Assembly: GCF_964188315.1 (NCBI RefSeq)
Contig: NC_135668.1
Location: 3,782,001 to 3,846,000 of the forward strand
From: Podarcis muralis
Lineage: Eukaryota
Length of the DNA stretch: 64,000 bases
Direction: 5' to 3'
The translations under genes were made by a program, and so were the position numbers. Under the pieces are notes generated by a model. It worked only from the letters and a program-made list of their open reading frames with translations, was not told the DNA's origin and did no database searches. Position 1 is the stretch's first letter. The number at the start of each line of letters is the position of its first letter. Shown in pieces: positions 63,464-64,000 of the stretch.

Positions 63464-64000
63464 TTCTTAATTTTTTATACCACCCTTCACCAAAGGCTTA
63501 CAGAATGGTTTACAATATGAAAACCACAAAAATAGTAACAAACAAAAACAATAACCCACAAAGACACAGTTTAAAAGGATCAACCTGTGTGGCAAAATAA
63601 GCTCTTCTTCTTCAGGCTGCAAGAAGATTTGCATTTAAGGACATATAAGATTGCACTTAAGGACAACTATCGAAATCCTCATTAAAAGAGAAAATTTTAG
63701 CATTTATAAATCACACTATCCCTGGTTCTTTGGACAAGATAGAATTGGATGTGCAAGAGCTCGACAGGAAAAGTTTTGTTTCCTTTATGGAAGAATAATT
63801 TTCCATCTATAGTCTCTCAACTGAAGAGGGACTCTCATTGTCTAAATCCCACCTATTCCCAGGGCTCAGGGTCCTTCCCCTTTGCCTCTTCTCCAACCTC
63901 TAACATTCAAACCCAAAGCATTAAAACAATTTAAATCTCCTTCCTCCATTTTGGCTGTCTTGCTTCTTAAATAAGAAAGTTCTGCTCCCTCAATACTTCT

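Noticed and set aside
48313-64000. Isoform-specific RORA 5' exons (alpha1 GISVTKKTHT, alpha4 MMYFVIAAMK)
   Set aside because: Looked for on the minus strand and not found; presumably beyond the window

Overview
Eukaryotic genomic DNA from a squamate, most likely a lacertid lizard, judged from Sauria SINEs, BovB, CR1 and Tc1/mariner MITEs. The window holds the 3' part of the nuclear receptor gene RORA on the minus strand. I located nine coding exons (48312 down to 20130, all GT-AG, 1376 nt) covering the DBD, hinge and LBD through the stop codon. The isoform-specific 5' exons lie beyond 64000. After the stop comes a very long, AT-rich, TE-poor 3' UTR (at least about 9 kb, possibly about 13 kb). 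A CpG island at about 2.56-3.06 kb carries a first coding exon on the minus strand, probably ICE2 (called from synteny). The rest is intron and intergenic sequence with many LINE, SINE, MITE and LTR relics, microsatellites and one 134-N gap. Nearly all other ORFs in the track are spurious or TE-derived, and I see no prokaryote-type systems. The strongest leads are: (i) an inverted Sauria-SINE pair flanking four LBD exons that would circularise into a stop-free 465-nt reading frame; (ii) a dense miR-17~92/Pumilio module in the 3' UTR just distal to a candidate alternative poly(A) site; (iii) back-to-back TATA boxes plus a plus-strand donor, suggesting an antisense transcript from the ICE2 promoter; (iv) several unusual retrotransposition junctions and two LTR-type insertions in RORA introns. 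All regulatory claims are motif-level inferences; no database searches were run.
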